Below are positions 1 to 13,700 of a stretch of 62,000 bases of DNA, piece after piece. The position numbers were made by a program, and so were the translations under genes. The first letter of the stretch is position 1, and each line of letters begins with the position of its first letter. The notes beneath the pieces were generated by a model, which saw nothing but the letters and a program-made list of their open reading frames with translations, was not told where the DNA came from and searched no databases. Source of the DNA: Chiloscyllium plagiosum (lineage: Eukaryota); the NCBI RefSeq assembly GCF_004010195.1, contig NC_057750.1:3711450-3773449 (forward strand), read 5' to 3'.

Positions 1-866
1 TATGACTCGATGACTCTATAATTGTGATTATTCAAAATGAGGTGCATGAAAGCAGACTTATCTGTGTCTGGACCAATGCATTTCAAGTACCCAAAGTAGA
101 ATGTTTTGAGATCTCTGCACTTTATATTTCTTCTGCTATCTATTGAATTACTTGCACCCTATTTTTGGTTTAATCATTGCAGAGAACATTTATTAACATG
201 TTTCTCTTTGGGTAACTACCACAGGTAACTAGGATAAAGTATACTCAAGGCTTACTAATACTACATAACAATTTATTTCCCTTCCCCCCCCTCTCACCAC
301 AGAGATTTTGGAAGCTGACTGTTAAAGTAGCCTATCATATTTACCAAAACTAATATTCAAATCACTTTAACCCAGAGCTCTCCATCCAGCTACTATTTTT
401 TAAGTTTTTTTCTTCAGATATAGGCAAAACTATTTTTTGTACATTCCAAACTCTCAAGTTATAAAGAGTCAATAGCTTATGTTTAGATAGTGCTTTTAAT
501 GTAAGAAAACAACCCATGGTGCTTTGCAATAGAATCATCAGAGAAAGTTTGGCACTGGTCCAAATAAGGTGTTTAACAGCTTGTTCAAAAAGATAAAATT
601 TCATAGTTCACGGCCTAGCTGAAAACATGGCTACCAGAGGAGAGCAAAAGAAATTGAGTGTGCTCAAGAAGCCAAAAATAGAAGAATGCAGACGTTTCGG
701 AGAGTTATGAAACTGGTGGAGAGTTCAGAGATGGAAAGGATGAAGCCATGCGGTCATTTGAACAAAAAGAGGAGAATTTTACATTTGAGTGGCTACAAGA
801 TTAGGTGGAAGTCAGACTATGTGCTGCTAAACTTTGGTTAAGCTGTTGCCTGTGTTTAGTGGAAGT

Positions 867-1059
867 CGAGAGTGTGTGGTGGTGGAAAAGCACAGCATGT
901 AAGGAACAGGAGAATCAATGTTTCGGGCTGGAGCCCTTCATCAGGAATGGATGAAACATCGATTCTCCTGCTCCTCGGATGCTGCAAGACCTGCTGTGCT
1001 TTTCCAGCACCACACACTTTCGACTCTGATCGCCAACATCTGCAGTCCTCACTTTCTCC
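867..1059. mobile_element. Penelope-like element terminal fragment (family A), two copies in inverted orientation
   Basis: Seen: internal inverted repeat (GTGTGTGGTGGTGGAAAAGCACAGCA / TGCTGTGCTTTTCCAGCACCACACAC); flanking 17-bp direct repeat CTGTG(T/G)TTAGTGGAAGT at 850-866 and 1060-1076; same terminus as the RT-bearing copy at 46260. Confidence 0.8.
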
Positions 1060-1499
1060 CTGTGGTTAGTGGAAGTTGACTGGCCAACCATGTGTAGAAT
1101 TGGTGTCACCAACTGGCTTTACAAAGGACGGGAGGGGTGACAACACCCTTCCCACTGGAGCCCAGTTGGGTTTAGATGCCCATTCAACATTTTCTGGGGC
1201 AATCAGAAGTTATCATATTTATTGAATTATCACAACTAGCAATGATGGGATTTGTGCTCAGTCTCTGAGTTGCCAGTCTAATACAATAAACTGGACTGCT
1301 ATGGCCTACTTCCATACATTTTTCAGCTTTCATTTTTGTTGTCATTTAATACTCGGTTGAAGAATCAAAATACTGGCAGATAAACTATGGGGTTACAGCA
1401 CAGAAAAAGATAGTGTTGATTGCCTTCCACTTGAGCAGTAGTTGAGGTGTATGACAAGAGAAGGATCTAGATAGAGTGTCAGATTGTAGAAGAGGAGGC

Positions 1500-1714
1500 C
1501 CACCTCCACACCCACTCGACCCATGTCATTCAGATATGACGTGGAGGCATGGCCCAGCATTGACCCAGCACTCGTACTAGTCACACGTGGGTCTGCTGTT
1601 TGATAAGTTTTTTTTATTTCACTGTGAAAATGTCATTTATTCTGAAATCCAAAAAATTCTGAAATCCGAAAAACAACTGGCCCCAGGGATTTCAGATAAA
1701 GGATTGTGTACCTG
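1500..1714. mobile_element. Tigger/TcMar-like DNA transposon right-end remnant
   Basis: Seen: ends ...GATAAAGGATTGTGTACCTG followed by TA, with duplicated TTCTGAAATCC subterminal motif; left end not found. Family assignment is inference. Confidence 0.4.
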
Positions 1715-1716
1715 TA

Positions 1717-4250
1717 CCAACAGAACCTGCATGTTAACCTTAAGAGAATCCTGAACTAGGCCTCCTAAGTCTTTTGTGCTTCAGATTTCCGAAACCGTTC
1801 CCCATTTAGAAAATAGTCTATAACTCTTCTTCTCACCAAAGCGCATAGCCTCAGACTTTCTCACACGGTTTTCTGTCTGCCACATAATTGCCTACTCTCC
1901 TAGCCTGGCCAAGTCCTTCCGCAGCTCCCAGCTTCCTTAAAACAACTTATCTGTCCACAAATCTTTGTGTCATCTGCAAACTGAGCAACAATACCCTCAG
2001 TTATTTCATCCAGATCATTGATGTACAACATGAATAATTGTGGTCCCAACACTGACCGCTGTGAAATTCCACTCGTCACCAACTGCCAACTTGAAAAAGA
2101 CCTCTTTATCACCCTAAGTTCTGCCTTCTGCCAGTCAGCCAACCTTCTATCCATGCCAGTATCTTGCCACTAACATAATGGGCTCTTATCGAGCAACCTC
2201 CTGTGCGGCACCTTGTCAAAAGCTGACAGGACATCCCAATAGATCACGTCCACTGTCTCTCCTTTGTCTAACTTGTTCATTACCTCCTCAAAGAATTCTA
2301 ACAGATTTGTCAAGCACGACGTACTCCTTGACAAAGCTAAGCTGACTCAGTTCTATTTTACAGTGCACTTCCGAACACTCCACAATCTTATCTTTAGCAA
2401 TGGACTCTATAAAATCTTATGAACAACTAAGATCAGGCTAACTGGCCTATAAATTCTCATCTTCTTTCTCCCTTTTGTCTGATACAGGGATATGACATTA
2501 GTCATTTTCCAGTCCACTGGGATCCTCCCTGACTCCAGTGTTCCTGAAAGATCAACATAGAGTCATAGAGATGTACAGCACGGAAACAGTCTTCTGATCA
2601 ACTCTGGACCGCATCTCCCTCATATTTTTGTAGTTACCTTTCCCTAGTTGTAATACCATTACATCTGATTCTAGTTTCTCCCTGTCAGTGAATTCTAACA
2701 TATTGTGGTGATTGCCCCGAGGGATTCCTTCACCTTAAACATCCTAATCAAGTCTGCCTCATTGCACATCACCAAATTCAGAATTGCCTGTTCCCTAGTG
2801 GGCTCCACCACAAACTGCTCCAAAAAATATCCCATAGTCATTCCACAAATTCCTTTTCTTAGAATCTGCTACCAATCTGATTTCCCAGTCCACCTGCACA
2901 TTGAAGTCGCCCATGATTATACAGGTTGTTCTCCTATAACGCCATAGTTGCGTTCCAAGTAAATCCCTCACTTAATATAAAATCACTTAAGTGGGGGCCT
3001 ATGGGAAAAGTGGGGTTGGGCAGACCAGCAAAGCATATCACTCGCTATCGCTCAAAAATCACCCAAACATCTAACAAAGTATGAAGGTTGAAATCATATT
3101 TATTAACGAAACAAAAGTAAATTTAATACAGTACATTTAAAAAATGTATGAAAGCTGCTCTCTGCACAGTACCTCTCACAGAAAGCTGCTCTGTTGGCAA
3201 CAGACATCGACACATGTACAGTGTCAAAGCACTGGCACAAAGACCAGCGCTGACATCGCACATACGTGGAATGGTGCAGAGACTTCGGCACATGCACAGA
3301 ACGACATGAAGACTGGCACCAACATTGCACATGCACAGAGTGGCATGGACATTGGCGCTTGTGCAGAACAAAGCACATGAACTGATCCTCATTGGAATCA
3401 TGCTTTTGTGAGCAGAGGTAAGCATTCCCAAAAATACCATTCCCTAATTCTTCAGCAATGTTATACCCAAATTGTGCTTTTGAAATGCGCATTTTCCCAG
3501 AGCTACCAGTAGTGCCTTTTTTAAGTGTCTTTTCTACCTCCTTATTTATTTTCTGACTCACATCCTGACCACTGGTAGGGGACCTGTACGTAATTTCCAT
3601 CACGGTCTTTCTCCCTTTGTGGTTCCTCAACTCTACCCACACAAAACCTGCACCTTCCGACTCACTTCTTGCTTTCGATGTAATGTCATTTCTTACTAAC
3701 AAAGCAATCCTGTCCCCTTTGCCAACCAGCCTATCCTGAGACAGAACATTTATCATTGGATATTAATTCCCAGTCCTGATCCCCTTGCAGCCACACCACT
3801 ATAGTGCCCATAACATCATACCCACCCAGTTCAATCTGTGTTACAAGCTCGTTCAACTTGTTTCAAATACTGTGTGTACTTAAGTACAATATTCTCAGTC
3901 CTGCATTGACTGCCCTTCTTCTCTTAGATAGATGCAGTTCGATTCATGATACTTTTCATACTCTGTCCTATTTCTTGTTCTGGAAATTTTAGTAACCTCT
4001 CTTGAGCCCTACCGCTTTTTAACTAGTTTAAAGTCCTTGTGACCCACCATAATTAGCCTTTTCACTAAGATCCTGTTCATAGATTGATTCGGCTGGTGTC
4101 TGTCCCAACAGTACAGCTCCTACCTGTCCCAGTACTGATACCAGTGTCCAACGAAATGGAACCCCTGTTTCCCACACCCACTCCTTTTGTCACAAGTTTA
4201 CTTCCCTAATTTTATTATTTCTATGCCAATTTGTACGTGGCTCAGGTAGT
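1717..4250 (-). mobile_element. Degenerate CR1 LINE (APE endonuclease + RT fragments)
   Basis: Minus-strand translations: VTSGISQRSVLGPQLFMLYINDLD..QFADDTKI (RT) and VWVELRNHKGRKTVM..YRSP / IMGDFN (APE); frameshifted; interrupted by the MITE at 2922-3509. Confidence 0.88.
2922..3509. mobile_element. Tigger/TcMar-like MITE inserted in CR1
   Basis: Seen: TA at 2920-2921 and 3510-3511; degenerate TIRs (CAGGTTGTTCTCCTATAACGC vs rc CTGGTAGCTCTGGGAAAATGC); removing it restores the CR1 frame KKGTIIMGDFN; internal degenerate tandem repeat at ~3200-3380. Confidence 0.75.
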
Positions 4251-4722
4251 ACTCCAAAGCCAATTACAAATAACCAAAAAGATAAATTTCAAAAGATTTA
4301 TTGAATAGGGAGAGGGGTGGTTCAGGAGTTTTCTTCAATCCATTTTAAAACCATGGGCCTCTGCTATCCAATGCTCTCATGCATATACAGCCCAAAGCCC
4401 AATATATGGAGTCTTATATTACAACAGTGACTACACTTCAAAAGTTGTTTTTAAAGCCTTTTGAAACAATCAGCGGGCATCAAAAGTACAATATAAATGC
4501 AAATCCTTTGTGTTCTTCAGCTTATCCATTCTGATACAATTTAATCTTTAGGCCACTAAGTTTGCCATCAGCAATGCTGATAATAATACCCAGTCTAAGA
4601 GAAGCTAACTTAGCACAGAATGTTCAAGGAAATTCCTGTCGAAACAGAAACACAATTTTAAAACACAGTGTACTGATACATTGTTTGGAGAGTTGTCAAT
4701 GTCAGTTGATGAATATAACTTT

Positions 4723-6899
4723 GGGTTGAGTCTTACAATATTTTGGCTAACTGTCAATTTTACCGTGTTTCATGCATGGTTTCTTTCTGTAAGACCAAGC
4801 AAGTTTTCTCATGCTATTGTCCAAAACTCACTTCATTAACTACCTACTTATAGGAAGGTCAATGACTTTCTCCATTCCCCCAGGATTAATGCCACCATCT
4901 TCTCTCTGCTACTCACATTCATTCCCTCAGTTACAGGACACATCTTCCACCAAGGTTCATGCTCTGCCACTCTCACTTTCACTTATTCTCTCCTTCTCTC
5001 TCATTACAGGAAAATGCAGCCTGGAATAGGCAGGATGACTGGTAGGTGCCCAATATTCAGCTCCTTGCCCCCTACAGGAGAGGATTTTGGCCCTTCTCAG
5101 CAAAGAAACTGCGATAGATCTGGCACAGGTGCAGAAACATCCATGGCCTGGCAACCAAATGAGATTCAATACTTATAGTACTGCAACTCACACATTAATC
5201 CCATTGTCAATGTCATTTTTGCCCACCATAACTTTTAAGCATTGTTTTCAATTTTTTCTCTCGTGTCTTCAAAATGGCGTATCCACATTGGCCGTAATCA
5301 AGAGGAACATCCCACATGGCATCCCTTTCACCACCTCTGTAGAAGACAGCAAGGATGCCTCAGAGGAAACACTAGCAACACTGCCTCCTGCACCCTTCAC
5401 CAGCTCAAACACTGAAACATTGGTTGAAATGTTATTTAGATTACAGTTGGGAGCACTTGCTACTGAACACTTCACTACCAAATCTCCATAGCTAGCCACA
5501 GGCCATTGGCACTCAGAGGCTGTCAGAGACCAGTCATCTGCTCAGCCCAGACAGAAATCTGTATCACCAAAACAGGGACTTCATACAAATACAAAAACAG
5601 ATATAAGAGCAGCAAACAGGATGATGAGGATTACTGGCAGCACAGTGCAACGACTGAGGGAATGCAAAAACATAATGGGGATCTTGCTGCCTCAGGCATG
5701 TGATCATGTGATTGCCACCTTGGTAAGGTGGTAGCTGCCATGGAGAGTCAGGTCCTATAGTCTCAGAATCTGATGGACTTGCACACTATTACCCTAGCTA
5801 TTGATCCCTAGAAAATAAGGAACCAACAGGAAGGCAATAGAGTACAAGAACCCCTGACCTCATTCGAAGTGCCACTTCCTCAAGGGATGCAGGGTGATGC
5901 TAGTAGGCATCCAGCTGGAGGGGCAACTACAGAGAGGCCCAGAATTCTCCTCTCAGGACTCTAGAGATGGCTGGGCTTTCCATCTCAACCCTGCCTGTCA
6001 CCCTCAGCCTTGTGAAAGTCCAAGTCTAGGATAGTTCACTTGCCTCTGGAAAGGTTAATGAGCTCCATTGTCTGGTAGGCTCCTTCCACTCCAGCTGTGG
6101 ACCCAGAGATTTCACGGAGACATAGTGGAAAGGACAAAAGAAGAAGACCTTCTAAGAGTACATTGGTAGCATAGATGACATTTCATTGCAGATAAGTTCT
6201 CACATATGTAAATATATATGTTCAGTTTAGACAGTCATCTGTGTGAGTCTGTGTAGCTGCAACTACAATTTTGAAGATACTGAATCCACCCATCCTTATC
6301 TCTAGTCGATTTTCAACAGACCAAGGTGTGAAGTCAGCACTGCTGTACCATAAGCATACAATGAGTAAATCATAGGGGCCTGTGACTTGGGCAACTAGAC
6401 CTGATCTTTCCTGTCAGATAGACAGATAGTTGCTAGTGTACTTCAAAATATATTATCGAAATGTAGTAGTATTATGCAAGTGCATTGAAGATATGTCACA
6501 ATGGCATGGCGAGGCTGGTATGTGCCAGTGTCTGTGGATTTGGATGTGTGCAGCCATTACCCGGGAACATGCCCTGAGATGTTGGTTCATTTGTCCAATA
6601 TGCTGGTCTAGAGGAGCAAGAGTCACCAATTATCTGCTCAGACTTCGATATTGAGAATTCTTGACATCTCCTTTCCTCGCAGCCAATGGTAGGATAGGAG
6701 GCTGCATATTAATGAGATGTGCAATTAATTAGGCTGACAACAGGCAATAGTACCCCTTAGTAGGAATTTCATTGCTGCCTAGTAAGAATTTCACCTCTGC
6801 CTCCAGAACCGTTAGAAATGCCTCACTGGATTTCTTATATGATTCTTCCAGATTTCATGCAATAGCCAATGTTGTTCAGATCATGGTAAGACTTTGCCC
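4723..6899 (+). mobile_element. Non-autonomous PIF/Harbinger-like transposon with decayed spliced Myb/SANT-type ORF2
   Basis: Seen: TIRs GGGTTGAGTCTTACAAT / rc GGGCAAAGTCTTACCAT (13/17); 3-bp TTT on both sides (4720-4722, 6900-6902); splice acceptor before 5010 followed by a frameshifted ENAAWNR..VPNIQLLAPY..ERILALL stretch and EDSKDASEETLATLPPAPFTSS, which resemble my recollection of shark Harbinger ORF2. No DDE transposase seen. Confidence 0.65.
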
Positions 6900-7526
6900 T
6901 TTATGTTTTTTTAAAATACTGTACAGGTAAATGTCGATGATAGGTAAGTAAGCAGAGAGGCATCTGATGAACAAAACCTGCAACTACAGCATATCAGTTG
7001 TGTGTTCCTTTTAGCAAATTATATGATTAAAACTGACAGAATTTATGTTTGTGGAAAGGAGATGTATGAGTGCTGTGTAACATTTCTACCACAGTGACAC
7101 ATCAAATTTATCTCCTCGGTCTTGTACATCAGGTGTCAAAATCAACAATAGTCTTCAAGTGAAGCACAGTTTGAGGATGTGGGTAATTATTCGATCAGAG
7201 TGTACAAGTCTAATTCAGTTAACACCTTAAAGCGCATAATAAGGATGTTAGAAGTTGTAAGTTTCTAGGTTCATATTTATAATGGAAATTGCCTGTAAAT
7301 TTGTAATATATTAATAACATTCTCCTGCCACACTGTCGAAGGATGTACTCAAAGTGTGGTGTGTTTAAGAAGACATTTTTTAATAAAATGAGAACAGAGG
7401 AATTTATAATGAAAAGGATTGACATGGAGTATATGGAGACATAAGATTTACACTATGAAGATGGCAATTTTTATAGAATAAGGGACACTAGTGACTTAAA
7501 AACAGTGAAATATTCCTAAAGTAACA

Positions 7527-8148
7527 ATAAGTGGGTTTCAAATGAGATGGACTCTACTTCTAGCTTACAACTCTGAACTGCTGGGGTCTTTTAATGTAAT
7601 GGTAGTGTCTCTACATCTCACCCAAAAGCTTCTGATCAAAGTCCCATCTACTCTGAAGATGTGTCAAAGTATGTTTTAACACATCAATTAAACTCTGAAC
7701 TGCTTTGATTCTTTCTTTCTTCTCACTGCAATTTATAGGTCATCCTGAAAGATCTTAGATCAATTGGTCAAACACAACACTGAAGCAGTACATTATAATA
7801 TGAAAAGTAGATTTAGTTCAGGGCTCTTCCTGAGTGGATCACAAAAAGTTCTGATTATATTATTTATCTGAAACATTTTTAGTACAAATTTCTTGGATCT
7901 TTGTTACAATGTCACTGCATCTACATGCTTGGCATAGAGATGACTGCCAGAGCAGATCTACCATAAGTGGGTTGCTAATAAGATGGACTCTACTTCTAGC
8001 TTACAACTCTGAACTGCTGGGGTCTTTTAGTGTAATGGTAGTGTCTCTACCTCTCACCCAAAAGCTTCTGATCAAAGTCCCACCTACTCTGGGGATGTGT
8101 CAAAGTATGTTTTAACACATCAATTAAACTCTGAACTGTTTTAATTCT
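7527..8148 (+). repeat. Local direct duplication of ~186 bp (7527-7712 and 7963-8148) including a tRNA-derived SINE head
   Basis: Seen: near-identical copies offset by 436 bp; the SINE-like part resembles 40395-40505 and ~56365-56450. Confidence 0.9.
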
Positions 8149-8924
8149 CCTCAACTGTTGAGGGTATGAGCTAGCTAGGGATTTCATTCTGCTCGTTGGC
8201 AGTCTCAATCCTTGAGAAAAATCATAATTCTGGCATTATGTCAGGAGCAAATAAATAATGAGCCAAAAAGTCAAATCATCAACAGTTTACACCATATTGA
8301 GTTTTGCTCCCATCCAAGCAATGCCAACAGGTAAACTAATCTATGATGAGATACTTTATTTAATGCCAATAGTCCACCATTAAAGACTGTTCCATTGAGT
8401 ATTAATCATGACTAATGGTTAACACATTTTAAAGGACTTTAATGACAGGTTCTTTAACTCTTTCTGGACCATGAACATAAAAGCCTATTTGTCTACCTTT
8501 TATTTGTGTAAAAAAAGTAATATTTGGAAATGAACATACTGGTCATCCATTTTAAAGTATACAAGATATATCAGTCTGGTATATTTCATTTGCCAGTTTT
8601 CCTAGTTACTCCTTTTGAGTTTCAAGCATATACCCAATTCTATTTGCAAGTTATTATTTCCAGCACCCTTTCAGATATTAAAAACAGCTTAATGACAAAA
8701 AAAGTAGTCTTCTCTCTGGTTCTTTTGTTCTTACCTTATACCTATGTCTTTTGGTTACTGATTGTCTTGCCCCTGGAATCAGGAGCCCCTCATAATTTTA
8801 AACATCCCCATTATATCTTCCCATAACCCTCTTTGCTCCAAGAAGAATAATCTCAACTTCTCTCATGTCTGCACTATGTACAGGTTACTCAACATAATAG
8901 TCAACATGCTCAAAAGGGAACGCG

Positions 8925-9270
8925 ATGGCTATGTGGTCTTATTGCTTAGACTATTAATCCAGAGATCCAGATAACATTCTGAGGACTGAGGTTCATATTC
9001 CGTCATGGCAGATGGTTCAACTTGCATTCAGTAAAAATCTGAAATTAAGAATCTAATTATTACCATGAAATCATTCTCAATTCTTGAGGAAAACCCATCT
9101 GGTTACTAATGTACTTTAAGGAAGTAAAATGCTGCCCTTACCTAGTCTGGCTAGGTATAACACCAGACCCACAACAATGTGGTTAGCAGTTCACTACCTC
9201 TGGGTGATGAGGGATGGGCAATAAATGTTGGCTAGCCAACAATGCCCAAACCCTGTGAATTAATTTTAAA
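8925..9270 (+). mobile_element. tRNA-derived SINE with LINE-derived 3' tail
   Basis: A/B-box-like head (GGTTCATATTCC); 3' tail GGGATGGGCAATAAATGTTGGC matches the end of the LINE at ~27200; second copy at 59765-59920. Confidence 0.75.
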
Positions 9271-10789
9271 AACATATACTCAACTTGATTTTCAATTTCT
9301 CTTGCTTTCAGATGTGTACATCAAATTAGAGATTAATAAGAGAGTAGGTTACTTGGAGTGAATTAACTGTTTAAACAAAATTAGTTTATGCAAGTCCAAA
9401 ACTAGTTTATGTCATGTAAGAGAATAATGGAATTCTAGAACAGAGTGCAACTCTTGAGGTGAATACTAATGTATTGAATTCTTACAAATGAGAGCTAAAC
9501 CTGTTTCTGCCTAGCGTGGAAACAGAAATAGAAATATTGTAATGATAATGAGGGTCAATATAATCTCCCGGACTACTTCAATTGATTAAGAAGCTCAGAG
9601 AAGACTTTTCTAGATTTTTTTTTACCCAAGTTGGTCAGGGCTTTATTGAACTTGGTTTCTTATTACCCCAAGAAATTAAATGGTTCCTGTTCGGGTGCAA
9701 GGGAATAGTTCATGAGGCACGGCACATGCCTGAATGAACCAGTAGATCTTTTCCTGCCTCTCTTTTTTGTTTGTGAAAACTCTTACTAACAGTAGTTAAA
9801 GATGCACATTTCCAAAGTACTTCCATCTCTATAGTCAGGCTTTTTTTTAAAATAGTCAATGCTGTTGGTGATGAAAGAACCAAGCATCTGCTGCCAGCTG
9901 TATTATGCCTATCTAAAAGTGACTGGCATTTTACAAAAAGAAACTTTTACCAAAAAAAATACCCAAAACACTATCTGTGGTGTGATAATACACATGCATA
10001 AGTCATACATTACTCAAGGTAATTTCAGAAGTCACAGGGTTTCTAGTTCAGAGTAAAAGTGCTATAAATAAACATTAACTTGTTTTGGTCTATGAAATAA
10101 GAGGAAAGAGAGAGAACAGAAGTGAGACCAAGGCAGAGAAACAGAGAAAAGAGAGACAGGAAGGTATAAAAAGAGTGAAGGAAGGGACAAAATAATTAGG
10201 GAAACAGAAGGAGTACACCAAGAGCAAAGATTAGAGCTACAATTCACTTCTGTAGACTGGGCTTCAGAGGAGAAAATTCCAGTCCAGCTTTCCACATATC
10301 CAACAGCCTTAATTTAAAGATGATCAGAAATATGGCAGGTGTGAACAGGACTGAATTATGATCTTTGTCCCACTGACTAGCTGAAGTCATTATTCATTGC
10401 CATCAGCTTTAAGAACATAGAGTCACAGAGGTTTACAGCATGGAAACAAGACCTTCGGCCTAACTTGTACATGTCGTTCAGTTTTCACAATTAATCTAGT
10501 CCCATTTGCCTGCATTTAGTCCATGTCCCTCCATACCCATCCCATCCATGTACTTGTCCAAATGTTTTTTAAATGACAAAATTTTACTCACCTCCATCAC
10601 GACACAGAAGGAGTGGAGAGGCTCTTTACCCATCATCAACTGATTTTTTTTAGGAAGTCAGGAGAAAATTGGAAGAAAAAAAAGTGAGAAAGATATTGAC
10701 AGGCACTTGTGCAAAGAGAAAAATAGAGAGAAAAAACATAAATAAACATGTAGAGCAGAGCAGTAATCTCAGGATGATTAACGGTGCCA

Positions 10790-13700
10790 TGTACTAGTGA
10801 GGCGAAGAACAGGAGCGTGTGCAGCTAAAAACGTGGCTACAGGGCTGGTGCAAGAGGGAGGGCTTCAGATACATAGATCATTGGGGTACTTTCTGGGGAA
10901 GGTGGGACCTGAAAATGAAGGAAGGATTGCACTTACACATTGGAGGGGCACCAATGTCCTGGGCAGGAGATTTGCTAGGGCACTTCGGGAGGGTTTAAAC
11001 TAGTTTAGTAGGCGGATGGGAACCAGAACTACAGATCAGAGGAGAGGGTAGTTGTTGAACAGACTGAAATAGAATGCAGAGATCTGGCAGGATGGATACA
11101 TAGTTGATAGGGCAAAGGGATAGGTTAAAGTGTGTCTGTTTCAATGCAAGGAGTGTCAGGGATAAGAGTAATGGACTTAAAGCATAGATCGGTACTTGGA
11201 ACTACGATGTTGTGGCCATAACAGAGACATGGATTTCATAGGGGCTGGATGTTCCAGGGTTTAGATCTTCTAAAATAAAAACAGGTAGGGGGGTAAAAGA
11301 GGAAGGGAATACCATTGTTAATTAGAGAATGCATCACAGCTGCAGAAAAGGAGATTTGTCTACTGACTCAGTATGGGTGGAAGTCAGTAACAAGAAAGGA
11401 GCAGTCACTTTATTGGGTGTTTTTTATAGACCCCCCAATAGCAGCAGAGAGATGGAAGAACAGATTGGACAGCAGATCTTGCAAAGGTGCAGACGTAACA
11501 GAGTTGTTGTTATGGGTGACTTCAACTTCCCAAATATTGATTGGAACCTCCTTAGTGCAGATGGTCTGGATGGAGCCAATTTTGTTAGATGTGTCCAAGA
11601 AGGATTCCTGAATCAATATGTAGATAAGCTGACTAGGAGTGGAGCCATATGGATTCGGTGTTAGGCAATGAGCCAGGCCAAGTGTCAGATCTCTCAGTGG
11701 GAGAGCATTTTGGTGACAGTGACTACAACTGCCTCACCTTTACCATAGCCACAGAGAGGGATGGGAGTAGACAGTATGGGAACGTATTTAATTGGGGGAG
11801 GGAAAATTATACTGCTATTAGACAGGAGCTGTGGAGTATACACAACAGAAATGTGGAGGCTATTTAAGCAGCACTTGTTGCGAATGTTGGATAACTTTAT
11901 CCCACTTAGACAGGCAAGGAATGGTAAGATTAAGGAGCCTTGGATGACAAAAGAAGAGGAGCTTCTCATCAAGAGGAAGAGGGAAGCTTACTTAAGGTTG
12001 AGGAAGCAAGGATCTAGCACAGCTTTAGAGGATTACAGGGTAACTAGGAAAGAACGCAAAAATGGAATTAGGAGAGCTAGGAAGGGGCATAAGAAGTGGG
12101 AAGGATTAGAGAAAACCCAAAAGGTGTTCTACACTTATGTGAGGAATAAGAGAATGATCAGAGAGAGGGTAGGGCTGATCAGAGATAGTGGAGGGAATTT
12201 GTGCCTGGAGGCTGAAGAGGTGGGGAGGCCCTAAATGAGTTTTTTGCTTCAGTATTCAATAGAGAGAAGGACTTTGCTGATAGTGAGACCACAGTGGACC
12301 AGGTTCATCGGCTTGAACACATTGATATTAAGAAAGTGGATATGCTGGAAATTCTGGGAAGCATCAAGATAGATAAGTCTCCAGAGCCAAATCTATCCAG
12401 ATATATCCAAGGTTACAATGGGAAGTGAGGAATGAGGTTGCTGCGCCTCTGATGATGATCTTTGCATCCTCCCTCTCCATGGGAGTAGTACCAGCTGATT
12501 GGAGGGAGGTGAATGTTCTCTGGGAATCACAGACCAGTCGCTCTGTGGTAAGCAAGGTACTAGAAAGGATTCTGAGAGATAGGATTTATGATTATTTGGA
12601 ACAATATAGTTTGATTAAAGATAGTCAGCATGTCTTTGTGAGGAGCAGGTCTCATGCCTCATTTGCCTTATTAAGTTCTTTGAGGATGTGACGAGACCAG
12701 TCGACGGAGTTCGAGCAGTGGATTTGGATTTCAGTAAGGCATTTGATAAGGTTCCCCATAGTAGGTTCATTCAGAAAGTTAGGAGATATGGGATACAGGG
12801 AAATTTGGCTGTCTGGATACAGAATTGGCTGGCTGAAAGAAGACAGCGAGTGGTAGTGGATGGAAAGTATTCTGCCTGGAGGTTGGTGACCACAACGATC
12901 TCTTCTGGGACCTCTGCTCTTTGTAGTTTTCAGAAATGATTGGATGAAGAAGTGGAAGGGTGGATTAGTAAGTTTGCCGATGAAACAAAAGTCGGTGATG
13001 TTGTTGATAGTGTCGAGGGCTGTTGCAGGCTACAACAAGACAGTGACAGAATGTAGAGCTGGGCTGAGAAATGGCAGATGGAGTTCAATCTGGTTAAATG
13101 TGAAGTGATTCATTTTGGAAGGTCAAATTTGAATGCTGAATACTTGAATTTATTGTCATGTGTACCGAGGCACAGTGAAAGGCTTTGTCTTGTGAGCAAT
13201 ACAGGCAGATCACAGTGTTGAGTAGCATAGATAAGTAAATAATAGGTAAACAGCAGCAAAAACAAAAACACAGGTACAGGCGAATGTTTAGAGTTTGTGA
13301 GTCCATTCAGTATTCTAACAACAGTAGGGTAGAAACTGTTACAAAACCGGCAGGTGTGTGTGTTCAGGCTTCTTTACCTTCTTCCCGATAGTAGAGGTTG
13401 TAGAAAAGCATTGCCAGGGTGGGATGGATCTTTGAGAATGTTAGCGGCCTTTCCTTGACAGCGGGCCTGGTAGATGGATTCTGTAGATGGGATGTCGGCC
13501 TTTGTGATTGTCCAGGCTGAGTTCACCACTCTCTGTAACCATCTCCAATCTTGAATGGTACAGTTGCCATACCAGGTAGTGATACATCCAGACAGAATGC
13601 TCTCAATGGCGCACCTATAAAAGTTGGCAAGGGTATTCACCGTCCCAAATTTCCTCAGCTACCTCAGAAGAAGAGACATTGTTGGGCTTTTGTAACCAGT

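Noticed and set aside
3103..3756. 217-aa Cys/His-rich ORF
   Set aside because: Chimera of CR1 endonuclease reading into the MITE's tandem repeat.
10090..10210. Long purine tract ending in a minus-strand acceptor-like AG (also 19071-19090)
   Set aside because: No clear paired donor or frame; may be low-complexity sequence or unverified downstream exons of the minus-strand transcript.
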